Shown here: piece after piece, positions 39,594 to 47,526 of the stretch | How positions within the stretch are numbered: the first letter of the stretch is position 1 | Layout: each line of letters opens with the position of its first letter | Origin: a virus | Lineage: Duplodnaviria > Caudoviricetes | Reading direction: 5' to 3' (one strand) | Length of the DNA: 64,000 nucleotides | IMG/VR virus record: IMGVR_UViG_3300033498_000048 | Span: 241,783 to 305,782 of that record | Translations under genes and position numbers: made by a program | The notes under the pieces: model-generated | Told to the model about the DNA's origin: nothing | Database searches by the model: none | The model's input: the letters and a program-made list of their open reading frames with translations, nothing else

Positions 39594-40277
39594 TCAACCA
39601 ACACCAATAAGGTTTTGAACTGGGTCAATGATTACTAATTCCTTTGTGCTTGGACGTATCATAAAATTATCACTATGTAAATCACTCATAAAGTTTTTAA
39701 ACAAAGGCTCGATTAATCGCAAAGCTTTTATTAAATTATCATCTGTAATTCTGGATTTAAGTTTCAAACGTCTAGTTGGGTTTGCAAATTGTTGTCTAAT
39801 ATCAAGATACAAGTCATTTAAGTTTCTGTAGCTATTAAATGGGTCAAAAAAACCCAATGATTTAAACATATTCCATACAAATTTAGCATCTTCATGGAAT
39901 AACGGCATTAAACGTTCTACTACCATGACCAGCATATATTTTTCTTGTGTTGGTTGTATCAATGTTCTATATTTTAAAAAGTCAATATCATCTTCTGTTA
40001 ATTCTGAATTGTCATACATCTTATAGGTATAAACTTTTGGAAAATATGGATTATTTTCGTGATTAACACACAATCTTAAAAATTGAACAGAAGCATCATT
40101 CTCACCTGTTACATTAACAACCTTTATAATCTTGTTAGCATCTTTAGTGTGAGCATATACCAAGGCTTGAACTCCAGACCCTAATAGCTTTTTATCTTTC
40201 ATTATACCATTGAATTTTGTATCAGATTTAGGGAGTTGTAATTTAACTTCCCTAATATAGTTTTGATAGGACAACAT
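39594..40277 (-). CDS. Ser/Thr-type protein kinase, putative internal virion protein
   Basis: LLGSGVQALVY (Gly loop), IIKV, PYFPKVY, VVERL, DLHSDNFM, VIIDP; MLSYQNYIRE leader; CATAAATA at 40375-40382 (minus). Confidence 0.85.
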   Translation of the reverse strand: MLSYQNYIREVKLQLPKSDTKFNGIMKDKKLLGSGVQALVYAHTKDANKIIKVVNVTGENDASVQFLRLCVNHENNPYFPKVYTYKMYDNSELTEDDIDFLKYRTLIQPTQEKYMLVMVVERLMPLFHEDAKFVWNMFKSLGFFDPFNSYRNLNDLYLDIRQQFANPTRRLKLKSRITDDNLIKALRLIEPLFKNFMSDLHSDNFMIRPSTKELVIIDPVQNLIGVG

Positions 40278-40298
40278 TTATTATCTCCATGTAGTAGT

Positions 40299-40651
40299 GA
40301 GTTAGCACTTGCGATAGGTATATAATTAACAACACTGTTTCCAAGTGCTAACTCGTTGATTTAATTATAGTAAATATTTATGGTAATGGAATAAATAGGT
40401 TAGCACTTGGAACGGTTATACAATTAACTAACACCTGCAAGTGCTAACCTATTGATTCTTAGTAATTGACAATGATTGTAACTTAACCAACTATCAATGA
40501 CTTAGCACTTAGACACATTAGGTAATTACTAACAATGCCCAAGTGCTAACGCATTGATTTAATTGAGTTTAGTGAATGTTATTATAATCAACAAGTTAGC
40601 ACTTGGAACGGTTATATAATTAAGACCACACTGCAAGTGCTAACTTATTGA
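40299..40651. repeat. Palindromic repeat array (locus 5), four units
   Basis: Units ending 40359, 40455, 40557, 40651. Confidence 0.95.
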
Positions 40652-40685
40652 TTCTTATACACAACTTTACATAATAAGGAACAAA

Positions 40686-40835
40686 ATGAACATAATATAT
40701 TTAATGTGGGTTATTCACAATGTAATTATTCATCCATTAATGATGCTTATGTCTGTTAGTAAGGCTAACGCATTACACGATGCGAATGCAATTTGGGCTT
40801 TTAAATTGAACACGAAGGTAATCAACGATGCTTAA
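40686..40835 (+). CDS. Small hypothetical protein
   Basis: Not in track; AAGGA RBS; MNIIYLMWVIHNVIIHPLMM..., 49 aa. Confidence 0.5.
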   Translation: MNIIYLMWVIHNVIIHPLMMLMSVSKANALHDANAIWAFKLNTKVINDA

Positions 40836-41453
40836 CTTTAAACAGTTTTGTTTATTAGAATCTACATTAAGTGATAATGAAATTATTGAATTGGGAAACC
40901 GAATAAGAAATACTTTTAAAACAAATGATGTTGAAATGAACTATAATTTATTATCAACATTCATATCTTAATATTGGAAATAGATGTCCAAGTTTTTTCA
41001 TTAAACACTAAGAAAAAAGTTGTGAAAACTAATGTCACATTTGGAAATGTTCAAATTGAAAATCAATCATCGCTGAGTGAAAAACGATTTATTGAATTGG
41101 CTGGAATGGTAACTGATTTATTGAGTAAGTTTCAATGTGAATATAAAAAGGCATTATCTGGAAAATTAAAATTCGTATTCAAACCATCATCCGAACAAAA
41201 GGCAAAAGCAACTTACAAATCAGAGCTTGATGAAATATGGATAAGCAATTCAACAGAAACTTTAAAATTATTTACAAAAGAGTTATATGGATTGCCAAAT
41301 TGGTTTAATTCAAGTTACATAACATCTAAGTATTCGGTTAGTGCTGGATTCGCAGATGAAGAAAATTGGGCTGAATGTTTCGCAATTGCTTTCTTTGGTC
41401 AATCAATTCATCCCAGATTATACAAATTGGCAAAATGTAATAAACAAATTTAA
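40828..41453 (+). pseudogene. Interrupted internal-protein gene with zincin-like remnant
   Basis: MLNFKQFCLLE leader ORF stops at 40971; downstream frame (40974-41453) has ATY...DEIWI and S.Y...EENWAECFA but no HExxH. Confidence 0.5.
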
Positions 41454-41477
41454 AATAGGCTTAGGTTGTTTCTACGT

Positions 41478-41710
41478 CCAAGTGCTAATTCATTGTCAAT
41501 TACTATAATCAACAAGTTAGCACTTACAGCTTGGTCTTAATTATATAACTGTTCCAAGTGCTAAGTCATTGATAGTTAGTAATTGACATAAATAGTAACT
41601 TAACCAACTATCAATGACTTAGCACTTGGTCATTGTTAGTAATTACCTAATGTGTCTAAGTGCTAACACATTGATTTAATTGAGTATAATATTAACAAGT
41701 TAGCACTTAG
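41478..41710. repeat. Palindromic repeat array (locus 6)
   Basis: Half 41478; units 41509-41572, 41611-41674; half 41692. Confidence 0.95.
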
Positions 41711-41762
41711 ACGATGTTAATGATTATGGTGTATTGAACAAATCTCGACATACGCAATAGAA

Positions 41763-42221
41763 TCATTGTTTGCGTTTTTTAATACCTAAATCATATTCAT
41801 TCATAATTTGGAAAGTAAAGTTGTGTAATCTAGCCCATTCGATAGCTGCTTTCCACTTATCCTGATTTACTTGCCATGTAATACATTCATTAATAAAAGT
41901 TGTTTGTCGTTTACGTCCTTTAACTGGAGGTATAGTTTGGTCATGTGGTTTAATTTCAATAATAATGTCTTTTAATGAACCATCTTTCATTTTCACTTTA
42001 ATAAAGAAGTCTGGAAAATACCTTCTTAATTTCTTATCAGCTTGACTATAATATTGTATTGCTTGAATTTCACTACCCCATAATTCAACAGATGGATTCA
42101 TATCACACCAACGCATAAACTTAGTTTCCCATGAACTCCTAGATATAACATTGGTACTGTCTCCAACATATTTCTCTTTGTTTTTAACCACATATTTAAT
42201 TGGTGTCGGAAATCTTTTCAT
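41763..42221 (-). CDS. gp4: Head completion nuclease gp4 (TnsA-like)
   Basis: KNKEKYVGD..N..SRSSWE.KFM.WCD.NP....WGSE...RRYFPDF...IEIKP...NQDKW. Confidence 0.95.
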   Translation of the reverse strand: MKRFPTPIKYVVKNKEKYVGDSTNVISRSSWETKFMRWCDMNPSVELWGSEIQAIQYYSQADKKLRRYFPDFFIKVKMKDGSLKDIIIEIKPHDQTIPPVKGRKRQTTFINECITWQVNQDKWKAAIEWARLHNFTFQIMNEYDLGIKKRKQ

Positions 42222-42265
42222 TTGTATTACATTTATAAATATAATATTTATGTGAGATTAATACT

Positions 42266-43078
42266 ATGTCAATATTAGATGTATTTGATTCTGCTGTTAG
42301 TTCTGTAGCTAATACGGTTTTAAAATCAGTAACATCATTTGAAATTGGAAAATCATTTGGAATTCTTAAATATCCAGCCACAGTTGGGGAAGGTGTTTTT
42401 CCATCATGTATTCAATTTCAAGAATATAAACGGAGCAGTCCAATGGAAAGCTTACCTTGGACTACAATTTATATGTATATGCCTGAAAAGGTATCTAATC
42501 CATCACAAATTTCATGGGAAGGAAATGACACATTAGCAGCAAGTCAAATGAAAAAAATGAATGATGGGCAGTTTACCAGTGCTGCTGGGGCGTGGGCTTC
42601 AAGTTCTATTGCACAAATATTAAATGAAAAGGCTAGTATGTTGGGTACAGATTTGGACACTGTATTAGGTGCTGGTGGAAATATGATACAGAATCCATAT
42701 TTAACTATGATGTTTAAGGGTGTAGACCAACGTGATTTTTCATTTGAATTTAAGTTGTTTCCACATTCTAGGTCTGAGTGTGATAATATTCACAATATCG
42801 TAACTGCATTTAGGGCTGCTGCATATCCAACTGGAAATTCAAATGATGCGTTATTAGGTTATCCTAGCGAATTTGAAATCCAATATCTATTTAACGGACA
42901 ACAAAATAAATGGTTAAATAAGTTCAAACGAAGTGTAATAACTAATGTGGATGTAGATTATACAGGTTCAGGTGGATGGACAGTTACACGAGATGGTTTT
43001 CCATCAGAAATATCACTGACAATAGAATTTAAAGAAATGCAAGTATTAACATCATCTGATATACAAGCAGGATATTAA
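42266..43078 (+). CDS. gp48: Baseplate tail-tube cap gp48
   Basis: NPYLTMMFKGVDQRDFSFEFKLFP...YPSEF...KFKRSVITNVDVDY...LTIEFKE. Confidence 0.9.
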   Translation: MSILDVFDSAVSSVANTVLKSVTSFEIGKSFGILKYPATVGEGVFPSCIQFQEYKRSSPMESLPWTTIYMYMPEKVSNPSQISWEGNDTLAASQMKKMNDGQFTSAAGAWASSSIAQILNEKASMLGTDLDTVLGAGGNMIQNPYLTMMFKGVDQRDFSFEFKLFPHSRSECDNIHNIVTAFRAAAYPTGNSNDALLGYPSEFEIQYLFNGQQNKWLNKFKRSVITNVDVDYTGSGGWTVTRDGFPSEISLTIEFKEMQVLTSSDIQAGY

Positions 43079-43642
43079 ATGGGAATGTTTAATAAGTTTG
43101 AAAGATACAAATACACATTAGATGGAATAATAACAAATGTTACTAATATTGGAATGTCAATATTAATTGATACAGTTAGAAATGTAGACAATCGTTTTGC
43201 ATTTCAAAAGTATGTAATGTCTGAAAATGAGATTCCAGAAAGTATTAGTGAAAAAATGTATGGTGATGCTAAGTATTATTGGACTATATTGGTTGTAAAT
43301 GATATTATCAATCCATTTCACGATTTACCATTAGACTCAGAAACATTGATTGATTACATTAAAGACAAATATGTTGATATATATGAAATCCACCATTATA
43401 TTAATATGTCAGACAATTCATTGGTTGATGATTATAATACTGATATTATTAGAAATAGTAATGACCCGATACCAGATACCATTCGAGCAATTACTAATTA
43501 TGAATATGAATATGAATTAAATGAAAGTAAAAGGAACATTAAAATTGTTAATCCAGTATTTATAAAGGACTTTACCTATTCATATATGAAAGCATTGGAC
43601 ACAAAAATAGAATCTACAATTCAAGAGGAAGACATATTATGA
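43079..43642 (+). CDS. gp53: Baseplate wedge subunit gp53
   Basis: PESISEKMYGDAKYYWTILVVNDIINP...IHHY...TNYEYE..LNE.KR.IK. Confidence 0.9.
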   Translation: MGMFNKFERYKYTLDGIITNVTNIGMSILIDTVRNVDNRFAFQKYVMSENEIPESISEKMYGDAKYYWTILVVNDIINPFHDLPLDSETLIDYIKDKYVDIYEIHHYINMSDNSLVDDYNTDIIRNSNDPIPDTIRAITNYEYEYELNESKRNIKIVNPVFIKDFTYSYMKALDTKIESTIQEEDIL

Positions 43643-44883
43643 TTAGTGACAAGGGTATATTACCAACAGACTTATCACAATTTCAAGTGACGATTAATGG
43701 AAAAGATGTATCACAAGCTATTAGTGGAGTTATAATCTATCAAGATGTTTTATCTCCTATATGGACTTGTGAATTGCAAGTTGCTGATACCAACAATTTA
43801 ATTATGAATGTTCCAATAGCTCCAGGTTCAACTATTGAAATTGAAATAGAATCTAATCAGGGATTCTCATTAAATGGTAGTAAATCTTATGAGTTTGTGG
43901 TATTTGGAATTAATGATAAAAAGTTTATTAATTCAAAGTTCCAAACCTATATGGTTAGTGGTGTTAGTCCAGAAATAATAAAGAATCAATCTATTAGGGT
44001 AAAAAAATCATATCAAGCACAAAGTCCAACCGACATTGCAACAAACATCATTAAGAACTCATTAGGAGCATCATTAGAAGTTGATTCAAGTGAAAATACA
44101 ATAACCACAATTGTATCTAATTTAAGTCCATTTACTGCTGTTAATAAAATGTGTAAAGTTGCCTTGTGTAATGGAGCAGCCGATATGATATTATTCCAAA
44201 TTGATACTGGAAAATTCGCCATGAAAAGTATCGAAAAAATGTATTCAGATACAGATTCTGGGGTTACTTTTATATTAAAACCTGCTGGAATAAAAGACAA
44301 TTCTGGTAATTCCACCACTGATTTGACATTAAGTATCGTTGATTATAATATGGAACATTTCAATGCTATGAGTAGTTTGGGTAGTGGAATGTTTGGTAAT
44401 AAAACCGTTTCATTTGATTTTATGTCTAAAGCATTTACTTCAAAAACGTTTAAATATGGTGATGATAATAAGCAGGACAATTCAAAAAAGTCTTGGGATA
44501 GTGAAACCTTTGAATCTCCAAATTCTAACATCACGTTTGTTCCTAAACACACCAATCTCCATACCGATGATACAGCTTTTACATCAATGGACAAATGGGT
44601 TGGGTCAAGGAAAAGTTCAATAATGAAGCTTGAGCAAGATAGGTTAATATTGCAAGTTCCAGGTGCTGTTAAGGCGTGGGAATTGATAGGTAAATCGTTT
44701 AATGTAGATATGCCATCACAACAATCTATGTCCGATGGAGAAGACTTAGACCTATATTATAAGGGTGCTTACCTATGTATAGCAATAGCTCATTTTTATG
44801 GTAAACATGGAGCATGGGTAAATATTGCTGGTGTTAAAAAGAGATTAGAAAAGTCAATGAATAGTAGCTTTTCTATTAGTTAG
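43639..44883 (+). CDS. Baseplate hub protein (gp27-like)
   Basis: Position after gp53; IYQDVLSP.WTCELQVADTNNLI..VPI; VPG...IG...NV; Y.G.YL..AI.H. Confidence 0.65.
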   Translation: MISDKGILPTDLSQFQVTINGKDVSQAISGVIIYQDVLSPIWTCELQVADTNNLIMNVPIAPGSTIEIEIESNQGFSLNGSKSYEFVVFGINDKKFINSKFQTYMVSGVSPEIIKNQSIRVKKSYQAQSPTDIATNIIKNSLGASLEVDSSENTITTIVSNLSPFTAVNKMCKVALCNGAADMILFQIDTGKFAMKSIEKMYSDTDSGVTFILKPAGIKDNSGNSTTDLTLSIVDYNMEHFNAMSSLGSGMFGNKTVSFDFMSKAFTSKTFKYGDDNKQDNSKKSWDSETFESPNSNITFVPKHTNLHTDDTAFTSMDKWVGSRKSSIMKLEQDRLILQVPGAVKAWELIGKSFNVDMPSQQSMSDGEDLDLYYKGAYLCIAIAHFYGKHGAWVNIAGVKKRLEKSMNSSFSIS

Positions 44884-44905
44884 TAAATTTATTTCCAAGA
44901 CAATT

Positions 44906-45613
44906 ATGCCAACCTTAGATACATCTTTAAAATATGAACGTGATGCTGCTTTACAAATTCATGGAAAAACAGCTTCTATTACACAAAATGGTTTACCAGT
45001 TACCAATGTTACCAATTTTGTTAATCTATTATCAATGGGGTTAGCCAAATCTAATAAATATTTTGTTGAATTTAGATTACCGAAGGGTTTTAGTGAATCA
45101 GCATTTAGTCCAGGTGTCAATGCCGAAAGTGCTTCAACACACATTAGAGCAGTTGAAAACATATTAAATAACAATAACACTATTGGATTAATGTGTCACA
45201 CTCTAAGTATGCCAGCTAGAGCCTTAGAATCATATTCACACAAACAATTAGTTTCACCATATAAAGTTCCAAAGGGAATTGAAGAATATGAACCAGTTAC
45301 GTTTAGCCTATATTCAAGTAGTGACTTAAACACCAGACATTATTTTGACGTGTGGCAGTCAACAGTTGTTAATGTTGGAAGTAATACCTTAAATTATTAT
45401 GATGAGTATGTTTCAGATGTGAACATTTATCTAATTGATGATGAAGGTAAATACTCTCCATATTTTATCACACTGTTCGAGGCATGGCCCATGAATATCG
45501 GTGAACTCCCATTATCTTATTCATCTAACAATACATTCCAAACAGTTACCGTTACATTAGCTTACAAACACTGGAAATCATCATTCGACACCACTAAAAT
45601 GGGTACTTTCTAA
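44906..45613 (+). CDS. gp54: Baseplate tail-tube initiator gp54 (tube-fold)
   Basis: GLAKSNKY, LMC..LSMP, VTFSLY...RHYF..WQ, YYDEYV, L.EAWP..IGE..LSY, VTLAYK.W. Confidence 0.85.
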   Translation: MPTLDTSLKYERDAALQIHGKTASITQNGLPVTNVTNFVNLLSMGLAKSNKYFVEFRLPKGFSESAFSPGVNAESASTHIRAVENILNNNNTIGLMCHTLSMPARALESYSHKQLVSPYKVPKGIEEYEPVTFSLYSSSDLNTRHYFDVWQSTVVNVGSNTLNYYDEYVSDVNIYLIDDEGKYSPYFITLFEAWPMNIGELPLSYSSNNTFQTVTVTLAYKHWKSSFDTTKMGTF

Positions 45614-45622
45614 AATATGTGT

Positions 45623-45795
45623 CCAAATGCTAACTCATTGATTCTAGTGAATATGTGTTTAAACAACCAAATGGTATGGGAATCAATAGGTTAGCATTTA
45701 CAACCATTAGGTAATTACTAACCCGTACCAAGTGCTAACGCTTTGATTTAATTGATAATAATATACACTAATAATATCAATTGGTTAGCACTTGG
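45623..45795. repeat. Palindromic repeat array (locus 7)
   Basis: Half 45623; unit 45683-45746; half 45777. Confidence 0.9.
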
Positions 45796-45823
45796 TACGG
45801 TTAGTTAATTAGTACACACGTTA

Positions 45824-46072
45824 TTAATCGGTAATATCAGAACATTGTGATGCGAAACAAGGTTGAATATCTCCAACAGAATAATACTTTACTGTATTGT
45901 GTGTAATAATCTGAGTTTTAGTTTCTTCTGGACTTTTACCATACAACCTAACAAACATATCAAATGGATAAAACATTACCATATCAACTACATGAAAATT
46001 ACCTGTAAATTGAGCCTTACCAATAGCCGAATCATCTAATACCAAATACCTTTTGTTTTTTCTGAAATACAT
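45824..46072 (-). CDS. Hypothetical protein
   Basis: 82 aa. Confidence 0.5.
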   Translation of the reverse strand: MYFRKNKRYLVLDDSAIGKAQFTGNFHVVDMVMFYPFDMFVRLYGKSPEETKTQIITHNTVKYYSVGDIQPCFASQCSDITD

Positions 46073-46084
46073 GATTATTCCTGA

Positions 46085-46468
46085 TTAATTGAAAATGTTA
46101 CCAATCACTTTAACTTTCTTTTTTGCTAAACTATATAGATTTTTTGGGTCATATGCAACAAAATCACTTTGTAAAAAGTAACCACATCTATCATTGTCCC
46201 AAACAATAGTTTTATTTAATTCTCCGTATGGAGTTTTAGCTTCCACAATATCATTTTCGTATATTGGATTCTTATCAACATCAAGTTTCCCAATATACTT
46301 ACAAACAGTTTTTAATAATACTTGTTCCGTTGTTATTTTTAAGTTTTCAAGCTTAATTAGAACACATTTACTATCATCGTTTAATACTGGATATACACCA
46401 ATACCATATACCCAACTTCCAGTTTTACAACTAATTGCCTTTACTTCATCTATTGTTTTTCTTATCAT
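46085..46468 (-). CDS. YopX-family protein
   Basis: G.WVYG...TVCKYIGKLDVDKNPIYENDIV...KVIGNIF. Confidence 0.8.
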   Translation of the reverse strand: MIRKTIDEVKAISCKTGSWVYGIGVYPVLNDDSKCVLIKLENLKITTEQVLLKTVCKYIGKLDVDKNPIYENDIVEAKTPYGELNKTIVWDNDRCGYFLQSDFVAYDPKNLYSLAKKKVKVIGNIFN

Positions 46469-46498
46469 ATTAACCTTTAAGTTGGTAGGTTGTTAGAC

Positions 46499-46903
46499 TC
46501 AGCTCTGTAATTTGTAATGAACAGGTGCAAGTTTCTTTCCCATTCTTAATTCACTATCCCAGCCTTTAATAATAGGTGTTAAAACAATTCTTGTGTTCGA
46601 TTTATTAATATGTTTAACGCTATTGATATACATTGGACACGATTCAAGCCTTTTATGTGAAATAATATCTTCAATGATACAACTATCATTATTAACAGAA
46701 ACAACTAGCCTATATAAAGTAGTAACATAAAGCACATATAGTTTTTCACCTAGTCCAGACGTAAATTCAGACAATGGTAGCTTAATGAAATCGTGTTGTG
46801 GACACAATTCTAATATTTCAAATACCATATTCAATTGACTTTGAGTTGTTTCATCTAAAAAGTCATATTGGATTATCGTTCTATTGGTTTTAGTAACTTT
46901 CAT
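46499..46903 (-). CDS. Hypothetical protein, weak RelE/HigB-like resemblance
   Basis: LYVLYVTTLYRLVVS...IIEDIISH. Confidence 0.4.
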   Translation of the reverse strand: MKVTKTNRTIIQYDFLDETTQSQLNMVFEILELCPQHDFIKLPLSEFTSGLGEKLYVLYVTTLYRLVVSVNNDSCIIEDIISHKRLESCPMYINSVKHINKSNTRIVLTPIIKGWDSELRMGKKLAPVHYKLQS

Positions 46904-47436
46904 CTAATTTTCCTGTCTTTAATTACAACAACATCTTGATATACCTGTAATATTGGCACTAATGCCGTTTGTGTAAAATTGTGTAATTCATCGGTATCAT
47001 ATTTTCTATGGAGCGTTTCGATTGCATATTCATAGAATTTATCTTCCAATAGGAGTGCTGTATTATCACAACCTTTACGAGTAGTAATATTGGTTACAAT
47101 ATCATACTTTAACAGTATAGGAATTTCAAGTAACCTTTCAGATTTAATAACTTTAAACTGTTTACCAACTTTCCAACCAATAACATAATGCACAATCAAT
47201 AAATCTACATTACTCCCTTTAGGTGATACTTTTTTGTGGGTAACATATTTTGTTTGGACATCAATTCCATTAGACCAATCTACAATTAACTGTGAAACTT
47301 TTATTACACTGTTGTTGATAGCCCATACAACATATGCCTTATCAGCATTCATAACATCTGATATAGTTCTTCCGACATACTTACCAAAAACAAACTTCTC
47401 GTCTGGGAAATCAAATCTTTGTCTCACGATATTCAC
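46900..47436 (-). CDS. Protein with exodeoxyribonuclease-X C-terminal-like (DUF3820) motif
   Basis: FVFGKYVGRTISDV...AYVVWA. Confidence 0.6.
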   Translation of the reverse strand: MNIVRQRFDFPDEKFVFGKYVGRTISDVMNADKAYVVWAINNSVIKVSQLIVDWSNGIDVQTKYVTHKKVSPKGSNVDLLIVHYVIGWKVGKQFKVIKSERLLEIPILLKYDIVTNITTRKGCDNTALLLEDKFYEYAIETLHRKYDTDELHNFTQTALVPILQVYQDVVVIKDRKIR

Positions 47437-47458
47437 CTAACCTAAAAATGTATGAGGC

Positions 47459-47488
47459 ATTATAGTTTAAGTTGCAACTCAGTGTCAA
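47459..47488 (-). promoter_or_regulatory. sigma70-type early promoter
   Basis: TTGACA-N18-TATAAT. Confidence 0.65.
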
Positions 47489-47490
47489 TA

Positions 47491-47498
47491 CATAAATA
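47491..47498 (+). promoter_or_regulatory. Late promoter variant CATAAATA
   Basis: 28 bp upstream of 47527. Confidence 0.5.
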
Positions 47499-47526
47499 AA
47501 AATATACCAAAACTAAAGATATTTTT

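Noticed and set aside
40461-40500. TTGACA motifs inside array linkers as promoters
   Set aside because: In the cases checked (40467, 33228) no -10 hexamer lies 16-18 bp downstream.
41763-42221. TnsA-like fold as a transposase that mobilises the arrays
   Set aside because: Sequence and position (divergent from gp48/gp53) match the conserved T4 head completion protein gp4.
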